Below, piece by piece: positions 1 to 9,707 of a stretch of DNA of 64,000 bases (positions are counted from its first letter, which is position 1; every line of letters begins with the position of its first letter). Position numbers and translations under genes: made by a program. The notes beneath the pieces were generated by a model, which saw only the letters and a program-made list of their open reading frames with translations, was not told where the DNA came from and made no database searches. Origin of the DNA: Thermodesulfobacteriota bacterium (GTDB taxonomy: Bacteria; Desulfobacterota; QYQD01); NCBI GenBank assembly GCA_040755415.1, contig JBFMAZ010000013.1:10877-74876 (forward strand), given 5' to 3'.

Positions 1-605
1 TCACCCTCTGCCTGCGTATATTGAAGAACCACCAATCCTTCTGTATGTAATCTTTCTAATACAGAGGCGTCCCGGGTAATGAATTTCCCCTCGCCATGCC
101 GTACCGGTAAGTAGAGGCGGTCAATGCCCTTTGTAAGCACGCAGGGAGAATGGCTGTTCACCCGGAGGCTGGTCCAGCGATCTTCAAAGCGGCCGGAGTC
201 GTTATAGGTCAACGTTACCTCCCGTTCCGTATAGCGGCCGTCAAAGCCAGGCAAAAGGCCCAGCTTGACCATCAACTGGAAACCATTGCAGACGCCGAAG
301 ACAAGTTTGCCTGCATTAATAAAACGAAGCAACTGTTCCAGGAGGCGCTCCCCGCTGCCCCGGACCGTGGCATAGCGAAAACGATTGGCGCCGGCCTGGG
401 CGGCGCCAAGATCATCTCCATCCAGGAATCCGCCCGGCAGATTCAGAAAGTGGTACTCATCCAGGCGTTTGACACCATAAATAAGATCGCTGATATGTAT
501 GATATCTATTTCGTCCGAACCGGCCAAACGGCAGGCATGAGCCATCTCCATCTCACAATTTGTGCCATTGCCGGAAATAACAATAGAACGCACTTTCTTT
601 ACCAT
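1..605 (-). CDS. purQ: Phosphoribosylformylglycinamidine synthase subunit PurQ (glutamine amidotransferase), N-terminal ~200 aa; gene continues beyond window start
   Basis: Reverse-strand translation from ~605 reads MVKKVRSIVISGNGTNCEMEMAHACRLAGS...GVCNGFQLMVKLGLLPG (class-I GATase GVCNGFQ motif, PurQ-like). GGAGG Shine-Dalgarno complement at ~612-616. Not in supplied ORF track because truncated; the listed +strand ORF 150..632 is its antisense shadow. Confidence 0.8.
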   Translation of the reverse strand, partial: MVKKVRSIVISGNGTNCEMEMAHACRLAGSDEIDIIHISDLIYGVKRLDEYHFLNLPGGFLDGDDLGAAQAGANRFRYATVRGSGERLLEQLLRFINAGKLVFGVCNGFQLMVKLGLLPGFDGRYTEREVTLTYNDSGRFEDRWTSLRVNSHSPCVLTKGIDRLYLPVRHGEGKFITRDASVLERLHTEGLVVLQYTQAEG

Positions 606-874
606 CTGTCCTCCAAAGCGAGGCCATTATAGTCCAAGGGGGTAAAAAATCAAGCTATTCAAACCCGCTGAGACTTCCCAAGTTTTTTAAGAAATATTCG
701 CATAACGGAGTCTCTGAAGGGCGGGCTTTCCCCTCCTCGCTTGTACTCGAAGGAGGCCCGCTGTTTCAGCAGGTGACAAAAATACAGGAGATAACAGAGG
801 GGAGAAGCCAAAATCTGCTCTAGCTTATTGATATTTTTATTTTCTCTGTGCCCTGGTTAACTTTTTGACAATAC

Positions 875-2656
875 TCAAATTTCTACGAGGAGGACATGGA
901 TGTAACGCGGATCCAGGGGGGTGTGAATATCAAGAAATCCCATGTCTTCTTCTATGCGTTTATAGCAGGCTTCAAGATAGCGGGTAATACGCCCCCGCTC
1001 TTCGGGTGCAGGAGAAAAAAACGGCCCCAGCAGGGTCTTCTCCATCTCTTCTTTTATATCTAATGAAAGCTTCCGCCCCTTTTCTTTGCTGTCTCCTGTC
1101 CAAAGCCTGGGGAAAAGGATATGAAGTTCCTCAATCGTAAGAGGCCAAAGACGCGGGGTGTTTTTTAACAGCTTTTGGGCCACGACAGTAAACAGCATTG
1201 CGCTCCAGGTGAGGTCTGTGGCCATCTGAATATTGCATGCGGCCAGAGGAAGGTCCTTGATCAGGCCATAATCGGTAAAATGTTCTTTCATCAACCTGCC
1301 GATGAGTTCTGCCTCTTCCAGCCTTTCCTTAGTCTCCTCCACCTCACGTAGTGTACCAAAGTCACGATAATCATCGTCCCTACCCATTCTGTCTTCACCA
1401 AAGGGGTCGTAATAAAGCGGATGCCTCCGTAATAACCCGGTCAGGAGCGAACGCCAGGGTTCATCCGCCGGAGAAAGGTCCTTATCCACATATCCCTTAT
1501 CGACTATAGATACGGCCTTCTTCTTCAAGGCTATAGCCTGCGCATAGCCGAAGCGAAAGATTTCAGTCAGAGGTATAGCTTGAAGGAGTCCCCGGGCCCG
1601 TTCGGCTTGCCCCTGGCCGATATATTCTAAGCCGATATTAAGATAGCGGGAGGCCTTCTGAATCCCCCTCTTAATATCCTTCATCTCGTCGAAGTCAAGG
1701 ACATCTGCCATAACCACATGGTTGCATACATGGGCCCACCCGCGCTTGATGCGGTCCAGAGGCTCCTGATCCCTTATTAGTTCAAGGACCTTCAGTACAA
1801 AAGAGGGGCGTTCGGAAACAGACAGCGGATATACAGGCGCCGGAGCCATTGACTCAATATCGGATTCGATCAGAGGTAGAGGCACAGCCGCCTTTACCCG
1901 GGAAGGGTCGGGTATAGAAGGCGGTTTGTATATATCCAGGGCCTCATGAAAGGTGGGGACACCATGGTCTGCCAGCCTGGCCTGCCGCCATTTATAGGCC
2001 TCCTCCTCTATCTCCACTTCAACGTCCCAGATTATGGATTCCATTAGATCAAAGTAGAGCTTTGGATTTATCTCCCGGGCAATCTCTACAACCCTGCCTA
2101 ACGTGTCCTGCACGCCTGGCTTCTTAAAGCGAATAAGGTAATAATTATCCACGGTAAAAGGCGGGAAGGCGTCAATATCTTCAAGCCTGTCCTCTTCCAT
2201 ACCTACCTTAAAGACGCTAGCAAAATGTTTAAACAGACTCACTATGAGAGAAAAATCCACGGTATTAAGCCACGCGGCTACTTTGTCCTCGCTGCAGGCA
2301 AATAGGAGGCGCAGCCACTCAAAAATCTTATCGGGTTTAAGGCGGTCCCTTTCCCACCAATCAATATCCAGGATGAGATGTAGCTGCTCAGGGGTGATCA
2401 GACTAATGAGCGGCAGGGCATCTGTGGCCCCGATCTCTTTTATCGTAAAAAACAACTCTTCCGGCGGGAAAAGGGCCACAACCTCTTCCGGACGGCTCGT
2501 CAGTAGCACCAGGGCCTGTCTTTCCTTTGCGGAGGCGCGCATTATAAAGTCAACCCGATCCGGCAGAGGCAACCGATCCAGAAAACGGCCTGCTTCCCGG
2601 GCCTCCAGTTTCAGTAACTCACCCGGTGATTTTTCTGTATATGACTTCTCTTTCAT
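875..2656 (-). CDS. Conserved hypothetical protein, 593 aa, no recognisable motif
   Basis: Long uninterrupted ORF with good codon usage; no catalytic or transmembrane signature that I can assign. Confidence 0.6.
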   Translation of the reverse strand: MKEKSYTEKSPGELLKLEAREAGRFLDRLPLPDRVDFIMRASAKERQALVLLTSRPEEVVALFPPEELFFTIKEIGATDALPLISLITPEQLHLILDIDWWERDRLKPDKIFEWLRLLFACSEDKVAAWLNTVDFSLIVSLFKHFASVFKVGMEEDRLEDIDAFPPFTVDNYYLIRFKKPGVQDTLGRVVEIAREINPKLYFDLMESIIWDVEVEIEEEAYKWRQARLADHGVPTFHEALDIYKPPSIPDPSRVKAAVPLPLIESDIESMAPAPVYPLSVSERPSFVLKVLELIRDQEPLDRIKRGWAHVCNHVVMADVLDFDEMKDIKRGIQKASRYLNIGLEYIGQGQAERARGLLQAIPLTEIFRFGYAQAIALKKKAVSIVDKGYVDKDLSPADEPWRSLLTGLLRRHPLYYDPFGEDRMGRDDDYRDFGTLREVEETKERLEEAELIGRLMKEHFTDYGLIKDLPLAACNIQMATDLTWSAMLFTVVAQKLLKNTPRLWPLTIEELHILFPRLWTGDSKEKGRKLSLDIKEEMEKTLLGPFFSPAPEERGRITRYLEACYKRIEEDMGFLDIHTPLDPRYIHVLLVEI

Positions 2657-2728
2657 AATAATCTAACGCCTTCTAAGGCCATCAGCTTTCAGCGGTCAGC
2701 GAAAAAGAGATTTCAAATTTCAAATCTC

Positions 2729-2890
2729 GTAACACTTTAGCTGTTTGAAAAGAGCTAGTCGTCCAGAAAACGGCGCCTCGAAAATCCCCCTTAATCCCCC
2801 TTTTTCAAAGGGGGAAATGTTTCTCCTCCCTTTGGAAAAGGGAGGTTGGGAGGGATTTTAAAATACTTTTTCAAACAGCTAAACTGATAC
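2729..2890. mobile_element. MITE copy 1 (162 bp). TIR GTAACACTTTAGCTGTTTGAAAAG / CTTTTTCAAACAGCTAAACTGATAC; flanked by 8-bp direct repeat CAAATCTC.
   Basis: Same element recurs at 34540-34701, 60802-60994 and partially at 54486-54594. Internal hairpins CCCCCTTTTTCAAAGGGGG and CTCCTCCCTTTGGAAAAGGGAGGTTGGGAGG. Direct repeats CAAATCTC at 2721-2728 and 2891-2898. Confidence 0.8.
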
Positions 2891-2954
2891 CAAATCTCAA
2901 ATTTGAGATCATGAATACTGAAAGCTGAACGCTGATAGCTAAATGCTTATAATC

Positions 2955-3323
2955 TCAATAGCTAACATCGAAGGCATTCTTGATAAGTTCAAATTGCGGC
3001 TGGCCATCTACAAACTGGATGGTCACCACGTCGAAGCGGGCTCGCTGGCCGAAGAGCCCCTTCTTATTTATAAACGCCAGGGCCGTCCTGGACAACTGTC
3101 TTTTTTTGTGGGCAGTTATGGCCTCTTTGGGATCTCCATACCTGAAGGAGCCACGGGATTTAACCTCTATGAATACCAGCGCCCCATCTTCTTCCGCAAT
3201 AATGTCCAGCTCTCCCATGCGGTCCCGGTAGTTTCTGGCCAGAATAAAATAGCCGGCTTTTTTGAGAAATTTTATGGCTAAGTCCTCTCCTTTTTTTCCG
3301 GCGAGTATCTTATCCAACCACAT
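2955..3323 (-). CDS. yraN: YraN-family (UPF0102) endonuclease
   Basis: 122 aa, ...GEDLAIKFLKKAGYFILARNYR...GELDIIAEEDGALVFIEVKSR..., typical UPF0102, and the usual position next to rnhB. Confidence 0.85.
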   Translation of the reverse strand: MWLDKILAGKKGEDLAIKFLKKAGYFILARNYRDRMGELDIIAEEDGALVFIEVKSRGSFRYGDPKEAITAHKKRQLSRTALAFINKKGLFGQRARFDVVTIQFVDGQPQFELIKNAFDVSY

Positions 3324-3951
3324 ACTCCCTTACACCGCGAAAGCTCTGCCGGTGTATTGGACAGCAGCCATGTTTCTTAATGGCCTGGCGGTGTTCTCTG
3401 GTGCCATAGCCCTTGTTCCGGCCAAAGTTATACATCGGATATTGCTCATGGTACTTATCCATAAGCGCATCCCGATATACCTTGGCAATGATGGAGGCCG
3501 CGGCAATAGATACGCTTCGGGAGTCCCCCTGGGCTATGGTTTTTTGGGGAATAACGGCGGGCATAGGCACAATGCCGTCCACCAGGAGATAATCCGGCCT
3601 GGGATTGAGCTGAGCCACGGCTATTTGCATAGCCTTAAGGGTGGCCTGAAGGATATTGATTTGATCGATCTCTTCTGACTCTACGGCGCCGATGCCTATA
3701 GATATGGCCTGCCTACGGATAAGTTCATCACAAATAGCTCGCTGCCGGGCAGAAAGGGCTTTAGAATCATCTACCCCCGTAAACTCGCCGGTAGGGGGCA
3801 GAATAACAGCGGCAGCCACTACCGGTCCTGCCAACGGCCCCCGCCCGGCCTCATCTACCCCGGCTATAAACCTCACACCCTGAACGTGGAGTTTTTTCTC
3901 CCAGAATAGACGTCCGCCTCCTTCAAATTCGGGCGAGGCAAGCTCCCACAT
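3310..3951 (-). CDS. rnhB: Ribonuclease HII
   Basis: AGVDEAGRGPLAGPVVAAAVIL motif and RNase HII length. Confidence 0.9.
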   Translation of the reverse strand: MWELASPEFEGGGRLFWEKKLHVQGVRFIAGVDEAGRGPLAGPVVAAAVILPPTGEFTGVDDSKALSARQRAICDELIRRQAISIGIGAVESEEIDQINILQATLKAMQIAVAQLNPRPDYLLVDGIVPMPAVIPQKTIAQGDSRSVSIAAASIIAKVYRDALMDKYHEQYPMYNFGRNKGYGTREHRQAIKKHGCCPIHRQSFRGVREYVVG

Positions 3952-3953
3952 AG

Positions 3954-4304
3954 CTATCCCTGCCGCTGTTCCTTAATGCGAGCCGCCTTCCCGGACAGTT
4001 TGCGGAGATAGTAGAGTTTTGCCCGGCGCACCTTGCCGTTAGAGACGACCTCTACACGATCAATGCGTGGCGAATGTAGAGGAAAAGTCCTCTCTACACC
4101 TACGCCATAGGAGACCTTCCTCACAGTAAAGGTAGTGTCAGCAAGGCTCCCGCGCATACGGATAACTACCCCCTCAAAGACCTGAACGCGCTCTTTTTCC
4201 TCGCCTTCTTTTATCTTGACGTGGATCTTTACCTTGTCACCCGGTCTAAAATCAGGCAGGTCGCCCCGCATCTGTTCACGTTCAATCAATTCCATTGCAT
4301 CCAT
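3954..4304 (-). CDS. rplS: 50S ribosomal protein L19
   Basis: 116 aa, L19 signature ...[30 protein letters not shown].... Confidence 0.95.
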   Translation of the reverse strand: MDAMELIEREQMRGDLPDFRPGDKVKIHVKIKEGEEKERVQVFEGVVIRMRGSLADTTFTVRKVSYGVGVERTFPLHSPRIDRVEVVSNGKVRRAKLYYLRKLSGKAARIKEQRQG

Positions 4305-4315
4305 AAGGTACCTCC

Positions 4316-4885
4316 CTATCCTCTGTCACCCAAAAATCTATCTACTATAATAGCCGCAGCGCTGCGCACAGAAAGGTGATTGTACCGTGCACTTTTTTGC
4401 ACCGGGCTTAACACATAATCGGCTTGTTCTATTACCTCTCCGGCTAATCCCCAGGCCGTGCCGAAGATCAACAATAGCGGGCGTTCTCCCGCTAACAGTG
4501 TCCGGGCCTCTTCTATACCAAGCGCCGGCCCCCTTTCCCTGGCGCCTGTAGCCAGGACAACGGGTTCCTTGCCGGTTCCGGCCTGAATACTATCCCGGAC
4601 CTGTTCAATGGAATCGCTGACCCGCACCAAATTAAGGGCATCTACCCGGTCCTTATTGTACGCGCCGCCCCAGCCTGAAAGCCAATGGTCAAGTATCCGC
4701 CCTATAAGAACCTGTTGTTCTTTAACCGGGGTTATAACATGGAAGGCACCCAGACTGTATGTCTTCGCCAGCCGTGCTAAATCATGTAAGTCTAAATTGG
4801 TTACGGCTGAGGCGATAATGGAGCCTTTTTTATTATACACAGGATAGTGGACAAGCGCTATGTCCACCCGAACCTTATTTTGCAT
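4316..4885 (-). CDS. Conserved uncharacterised protein between trmD and rplS, possibly a predicted SPOUT-class RNA methyltransferase-like protein
   Basis: 189 aa. The conserved position inside the rpsP-rimM-trmD-rplS cluster is the main support for the call; the [11 protein letters not shown] segment is only a weak hint. Function is inferred, not recognised with certainty. Confidence 0.45.
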   Translation of the reverse strand: MQNKVRVDIALVHYPVYNKKGSIIASAVTNLDLHDLARLAKTYSLGAFHVITPVKEQQVLIGRILDHWLSGWGGAYNKDRVDALNLVRVSDSIEQVRDSIQAGTGKEPVVLATGARERGPALGIEEARTLLAGERPLLLIFGTAWGLAGEVIEQADYVLSPVQKSARYNHLSVRSAAAIIVDRFLGDRG

Positions 4886-5628
4886 CAGCCGGCCTTAGGT
4901 TTGCGCTCTCTTTCGATCTCTTCCAGCAAACGGCGGTCCTCAACAGAAAGGTCAGCGGTCTTCAACAAATCCGGCCTCTTGAGCAGGGTCTGCTTCAGGG
5001 CCTCTTTGCGGCGCCAGAGAGCGATCTTCTCATGATCCCCGGACAATAAAATAGACGGAACCTCCAATCCCTGCCATACCTGCGGCCTGGTAAACTGGGG
5101 ATACTTCAGGAGGCCGCCCATAAAAGAATCTCTGGCCGCCGAGTCTGGCGAACCCAGCACACCCGGTAAGAGCCGGGTTATCGAATCAATAAGCACCAGG
5201 GCAGCTAATTCGCCCCCGGAAAGGACATAGTCACCGATAGATATCTCGTCATCTACAAAATGAAGAATCCGTTCATCAATGCCTTCATAACGCCCGCATA
5301 TAAGGAATAAATGATTATATGTACTCATTTCTCTGGCTACGGCTTGTGTATAAAGCCGGCCTTGCGGGCTGAGCAAAACCACTCGTGTTCTCGCATCTTC
5401 AGCCTTTATGGCCCGGATGGCCCGGTAGATTGGTTCGGGCTTCATCACCATCCCTTCACCACCGCCATAAGGACGATCATCCGTTACCTGATGTTTACCC
5501 GTGGTGTAGTCCCGCAGATTTATAATTCTAACGGTGGCCTTGCCTTCCTTGATGGCCTTGCCCAGGATACCCTCGGCCAGGACTGAAGATGGCAGTTGTG
5601 GGAATATGGTCAAGATATCAAATATCAT
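4885..5628 (-). CDS. trmD: tRNA (guanine37-N1)-methyltransferase
   Basis: 247 aa, [10 protein letters not shown]...PYGGGEGMVMKPEP...GRYEGIDERI... TrmD hallmarks. Confidence 0.95.
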   Translation of the reverse strand: MIFDILTIFPQLPSSVLAEGILGKAIKEGKATVRIINLRDYTTGKHQVTDDRPYGGGEGMVMKPEPIYRAIRAIKAEDARTRVVLLSPQGRLYTQAVAREMSTYNHLFLICGRYEGIDERILHFVDDEISIGDYVLSGGELAALVLIDSITRLLPGVLGSPDSAARDSFMGGLLKYPQFTRPQVWQGLEVPSILLSGDHEKIALWRRKEALKQTLLKRPDLLKTADLSVEDRRLLEEIERERKPKAG

Positions 5629-6157
5629 TCATATTCAACAAACCTTCCAGCGGGCGGACCGTTATGATCTTATTCGCCAGGTCTATTTTGACCACTACGT
5701 CCTCGATAGCCGGAATAAGATATTCTTTCGGTCCGTTTTCGACTACATAAACATCATTGCTGCCGGTCGGAAAGACGGCCTTTATCTTTCCCAACACAGA
5801 GCCATCTTCTAATTGGACCGTCAGCCCTATAATCTGGTGCCAGTAATATTCGTCAGCCGGTATTTTTCTAAGCCACTTCTTTGGACAATAGACCTCTGAA
5901 TGGATAAATGACTCCGCCTTTGTGCGGGAATCCACTCCCGATAGACCAAGAAGGACAACCCGCCCTTTCACGCCGGCAGATTCCAGCCTAAGCTCTTGAA
6001 GTCCACCTGCTTTATCTTTCAACCAGACAGCTTTTAATGCCTTGAAGCCGTCGGGCGATTCGGTGTAGGGTAAGACCTTCAATAGTCCCCTGACACCATG
6101 AGCACCAACTACTTTTCCGATGAGGATGTAATCCTCAGCCATTAGCCTGCTACTCAA
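5618..6157 (-). CDS. rimM: Ribosome maturation factor RimM
   Basis: 179 aa, [16 protein letters not shown]... RimM N-terminal motif and PRC barrel C-terminus; overlaps trmD start by 11 nt. Confidence 0.9.
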   Translation of the reverse strand: MSSRLMAEDYILIGKVVGAHGVRGLLKVLPYTESPDGFKALKAVWLKDKAGGLQELRLESAGVKGRVVLLGLSGVDSRTKAESFIHSEVYCPKKWLRKIPADEYYWHQIIGLTVQLEDGSVLGKIKAVFPTGSNDVYVVENGPKEYLIPAIEDVVVKIDLANKIITVRPLEGLLNMNDI

Positions 6158-6401
6158 TGATCTCGAGGACTGCCCTCTTCCTTAACTTAGTCGAGGCAGC
6201 GCTTAAGATAGTACGCATAGATCGGGCAGTACGTCCCTGTTTGCCAATAACCTTCCCCAGGTCCTCCTTGGCCACCTTCAATTCGATGACGGAAGTCTGC
6301 TCGCCCTCTATCTCATTAACTTCCACTGCATCCGGATTATCGACCAAAGCACGTGCAATATACCTGATCAATTCCTTCATCTCTCCAAACCTCCCTAGCA
6401 T
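6150..6401 (-). CDS. KH-domain RNA-binding protein (UPF0109)
   Basis: 83 aa, ...[16 protein letters not shown]... KH motif; canonical position between rpsP and rimM. Confidence 0.85.
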   Translation of the reverse strand: MLGRFGEMKELIRYIARALVDNPDAVEVNEIEGEQTSVIELKVAKEDLGKVIGKQGRTARSMRTILSAASTKLRKRAVLEIIE

Positions 6402-6465
6402 TAGGCTCGCTCGACAATCATGCCATGCAAAAATTATTCTATACGCTATCCATTCAAAGTGGAAG

Positions 6466-6714
6466 TTATTTTTTTAACAATCCGCCACTGATAAGTAAGC
6501 TCCTTACCGTGTCTGTAGGCTTAGCTCCTTTCTGCAGCCAATCGGCCAGCTTTTGCCCGTCCACCTGGACGGCATGAGGCGTCTGCTTAGGATCATAACT
6601 ACCTATTTTATCAATAAACTTACCATCCCGCGGTGATTCCGAGTTTGCCACTACTAAACGATAAAATGGGCTTTTTTTGTCCCCTCGCCGCGCCAATCGA
6701 ATTCTAACCGCCAT
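6466..6714 (-). CDS. rpsP: 30S ribosomal protein S16
   Basis: [31 protein letters not shown]... S16. Confidence 0.95.
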   Translation of the reverse strand: MAVRIRLARRGDKKSPFYRLVVANSESPRDGKFIDKIGSYDPKQTPHAVQVDGQKLADWLQKGAKPTDTVRSLLISGGLLKK

Positions 6715-6747
6715 ACTATCTTTTACCTCCCCGGTTGTTGGTTTTTA

Positions 6748-8076
6748 CTATAACGAGAATAGATTCTGTATATTTCTTAATCCACCCTTTTTGAGTTTTT
6801 TCATCATCTTTTGCATGTGCGCGAAATTTTTTAGCAACTTATTTACGTCCTGCACTGAGGTACCGCTGCCTTGAGCGATGCGCCGCCTACGGCTTCCATT
6901 TATGATTGTATAATTGTTTCGTTCCGCCTTGGTCATGGAATTTATAATAGCCTCTATCCTGACTAACTCGCTCTCGTCCGGACGTAATCCTTGCAACGAT
7001 TTGATCTTGTTTAGACCAGGAATCATGCCGATAAGCTGTTCCAGAGTCCCCATCTTTTTTATCTGCTGAAGTTGATCCCGGAAGTCCTCCAGGGTGAAAG
7101 ACTCTTTTCTGATCTTTTTCTCAAGTTCTACGGCCTTCTTAGCATCAAGAGTGGCCTGGGCCTTCTCAATAAGAGTAAGGACATCGCCCATCCCCAGTAT
7201 GCGGGAAGCCATGCGATCCGGATAGAACGGCTCTAAAGCATCCAGTTTCTCCCCCACACCAACAAATTTAATCGGCTTCTGAGTAACCGCTTTTATAGAT
7301 AGAGCCGCTCCTCCGCGGGCATCGCCATCCATTTTAGTGAGAATTATACCGGTTAGCCCCAGGGTCTGGTTGAACTTCTCGGCTATATTAACCGCATCCT
7401 GACCGGTCATGGCGTCGGCTACCAGAATAATTTCCGAAGGATCGATGGCCGCCTCGATGCCTTTAAGCTCATCCATAAGAACCGTATCAATGTGTAGGCG
7501 CCCCGCCGTATCTATGATGACGGTATCATAGGCCTTCTCCCTGGCCAGGGCCATAGCCCCTTGACAAATATCCAGGGGCTTCATGTCCGGCACAGACGGA
7601 TAGGCGGCTATATTCAAATCATTAGCTAGTTTTTGCAACTGTTCGATAGCCGCCGGCCTATAGATATCGGCCGGCACCAGGTAAGGACGCCTTCCCTTCC
7701 CCCGCAGGTGTAAGGCCAGCTTACCTGCCGTGGTGGTCTTGCCCGAACCCTGCAGACCAACCAGCATGATAGACACCGGCCATTTCCCTGAAAAATTAAT
7801 ATCTTGTTTCTGCCCCCCCATCAGGGCGGTCAATTCCTCGTGAACTATCTTAACAAGTTGCTGCCCCGGGGTAAGGCTATCCAATACCTCCTGTCCGATA
7901 GCGCGTTCCTGAACTGTATTGACAAAATCTTTAACGACTTTATAGTTTACATCAGCTTCTAAAAGGGCAAGGCGCACCTCACGCAGGCCGTCCTGGATAT
8001 TTTGCCCTGTTAATTTGCCGTACCCCCGGAGCTTCTTGAAAACGAGGTTGAGGCGTTCAGTTAAGCTTTCAAACAA
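6748..8076 (-). CDS. ffh: Signal recognition particle protein Ffh (start corrected to TTG; ORF-track start 8142 is inside the promoter)
   Basis: GTP-binding motifs GLQGSGKTTTAGKLA, DTAGR, TKMDGDARGG and M-domain. In-frame TTG at 8074-8076 gives canonical MFESLTERL N-terminus with GGGAG SD 7 nt upstream. The track's first codon (8140-8142) is the TTGACG -35 box. Confidence 0.9.
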   Translation of the reverse strand: MFESLTERLNLVFKKLRGYGKLTGQNIQDGLREVRLALLEADVNYKVVKDFVNTVQERAIGQEVLDSLTPGQQLVKIVHEELTALMGGQKQDINFSGKWPVSIMLVGLQGSGKTTTAGKLALHLRGKGRRPYLVPADIYRPAAIEQLQKLANDLNIAAYPSVPDMKPLDICQGAMALAREKAYDTVIIDTAGRLHIDTVLMDELKGIEAAIDPSEIILVADAMTGQDAVNIAEKFNQTLGLTGIILTKMDGDARGGAALSIKAVTQKPIKFVGVGEKLDALEPFYPDRMASRILGMGDVLTLIEKAQATLDAKKAVELEKKIRKESFTLEDFRDQLQQIKKMGTLEQLIGMIPGLNKIKSLQGLRPDESELVRIEAIINSMTKAERNNYTIINGSRRRRIAQGSGTSVQDVNKLLKNFAHMQKMMKKLKKGGLRNIQNLFSL

Positions 8077-8113
8077 AACACTACTCCCTGGTTTTTTGAA
8101 ACATAAAAGTGTA

Positions 8114-8142
8114 TTTATAAAATTTCTTTTGACAACCGTCAA
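8114..8142 (-). promoter_or_regulatory. Putative sigma70 promoter for ffh operon: -35 TTGACG (8137-8142 comp.), 17-nt spacer, -10 TATAAA (8114-8119 comp.)
   Basis: Read directly on minus strand: cTTGACGgttgtcaaaagaaatttTATAAAtacac; located 38-66 nt upstream of TTG start. Confidence 0.4.
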
Positions 8143-8219
8143 GCAAATTATATTTACAATTTCTTCACATAATAGTAAGCCCGAATTCTAACAATCAAAA
8201 ATAAAGAACCAAAAAAACA

Positions 8220-8247
8220 TTGCTAAGTAGAATAAACTTATTATAAT
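8220..8247 (+). promoter_or_regulatory. Putative sigma70 promoter for rpoZ-dnaJ: -35 TTGCTA, 16-nt spacer, -10 TATAAT
   Basis: tTTGCTAagtagaataaacttatTATAATttttg, ~95 nt upstream of rpoZ ATG in AT-rich divergent intergenic region. Confidence 0.35.
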
Positions 8248-8342
8248 TTTTGTTTTATGTTTCTTATGTAGCGGTAATTAGTTACCAAAAATCATGTCCG
8301 TAGGCTTTTCAGGCCCAGGGTCTAAAGAAAGGATGATATAAC

Positions 8343-8585
8343 ATGGCACGAGTTACGGTTGAAGATTGTTTAAAAAAGGTTAACAGTCGATTTGTCCTGG
8401 TTAATCTGGCGAAAAAAAGGGTTCAACAGCTACGTACCGGCGCACAACCTCTGGTTCAATCCAGAAATAAGGAAATCGTCGTGGCCTTACGCGAGATAGC
8501 GGCAGGGAAGGTCACGCATGAAAATATAGATGAATTAGGAAAGGTTGAAAAAGGGCTGCAGGTAGAAGGGGAGATTAAAGAGTAG
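8343..8585 (+). CDS. rpoZ: DNA-directed RNA polymerase subunit omega
   Basis: 80 aa, [30 protein letters not shown]... canonical RpoZ N-terminus. Confidence 0.9.
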   Translation: MARVTVEDCLKKVNSRFVLVNLAKKRVQQLRTGAQPLVQSRNKEIVVALREIAAGKVTHENIDELGKVEKGLQVEGEIKE

Positions 8586-8597
8586 AACAGTAAAGAT

Positions 8598-9689
8598 ATG
8601 ATCAAACGCGATTATTACGAGGCACTTAATGTTCCGCGGGATGCTTCTGAGGAGGAGATAAAAAGGAGCTATCGCCGCCTGGCTATGAAGTATCATCCAG
8701 ACCGAAACCCCGGAGATAAAGAGGCAGAAGAGCGTTTCAAGGAAGCGGCTGAGGCCTACGAAGTCCTTATGGATCCCCAGAAAAGAGAAATTTACAATCA
8801 TTATGGACATGAAGGACTACAGGGCGCCGGATTTAGGGGGTTCAGCGGTTTTGATGATATATTTGCCAGTTTCAGTGATATATTTGAGGAATTCTTCGGC
8901 TTTGGAACTACGAGGCAAGGTCGAACCGCTCCCAGACCGGGGGCCGACCTGCGCTATGATCTGAACATTTCATTTACCGATGCAGCGTTCGGTAGGGAAA
9001 CAGAGATAGAAATAAGTAGACTGGAGACCTGTTCGGCCTGCGGAGGCAGCGGGTGTAAAGAAAATTCCCGTCCCGGCACCTGTCCAACCTGCCGCGGAAG
9101 AGGGCAGGTCGTACGCGCAGAGGGCTTCTTCCGTATCAGCACCACCTGCCCCCACTGCCGCGGCGTAGGGACCATCATCACTAATCCTTGTTTAAATTGC
9201 GCCGGTAGTGGGCAGACACGAGTCAAAAAGAAAGTGGCCATTAAGATCCCCCCTGGTGTGGACACTGGAGCAAGGCTTCGATTGCGGGGAGAAGGGGAAA
9301 GCGGAGAAAGAGGCGGCCCACCAGGTGATCTTTACGTAGTTTTACATGTTGAGCCTCACGATTTTTTTGAACGGAAAGGCTATGATATTTATTGTCATGT
9401 ACCTATTCCCTTCACTCAGGCCGCCTTAGGCGACAAAATCGAAGTCCCTACCCTGAAAGGAATTAAAAAAGTTACTATCCCTGAGGGCATACAATCAGGC
9501 GAAACCATCGTCTTAAAGGGCGAGGGCATACCTTTTTTGCAAGGGCACGGGAAAGGGGATCAAATAATAGAGGTGATTGTCAACACACCGGTATCCCTTA
9601 CTGCCCGTCAGAAAGAAATTTTACGCGAATTTGCCGAAATCGAAGCAGAAAAACACGCCGGGTTTTTTAAGAAAATATTCCGTAAGTAA
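8598..9689 (+). CDS. dnaJ: Chaperone DnaJ (J domain + CxxCxGxG zinc finger)
   Basis: DYYEALNV...[10 protein letters not shown] (HPD J-domain), four CxxCxGxG repeats ([32 protein letters not shown]), C-terminal DnaJ_C. Confidence 0.9.
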   Translation: MIKRDYYEALNVPRDASEEEIKRSYRRLAMKYHPDRNPGDKEAEERFKEAAEAYEVLMDPQKREIYNHYGHEGLQGAGFRGFSGFDDIFASFSDIFEEFFGFGTTRQGRTAPRPGADLRYDLNISFTDAAFGRETEIEISRLETCSACGGSGCKENSRPGTCPTCRGRGQVVRAEGFFRISTTCPHCRGVGTIITNPCLNCAGSGQTRVKKKVAIKIPPGVDTGARLRLRGEGESGERGGPPGDLYVVLHVEPHDFFERKGYDIYCHVPIPFTQAALGDKIEVPTLKGIKKVTIPEGIQSGETIVLKGEGIPFLQGHGKGDQIIEVIVNTPVSLTARQKEILREFAEIEAEKHAGFFKKIFRK

Positions 9690-9707
9690 AGTAGGGACTC
9701 ACAGACT

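Noticed and set aside
150-632. 160-aa +strand ORF at window start
   Set aside because: It is the antisense shadow of purQ, whose minus-strand translation is an unambiguous GATase; no SD and atypical composition.
633-874. Hairpin GGGCtttccCCTCCTCGcttgtactCGAAGGAGGCCCG in purQ upstream spacer as terminator
   Set aside because: There is no convincing T-tract on either strand. It could be a REP-like hairpin or a regulatory structure, but the evidence is insufficient to call.
2700-2940. Possible CRISPR array (repetitive GGGGG/CCCCC hairpins at 2729-2890, 34540-34701, 54486-54594, 60802-60994)
   Set aside because: Repeats are not regularly spaced short direct repeats with unique spacers. They are dispersed 162-bp units with terminal inverted repeats and TSDs (MITE), and no cas genes are present.
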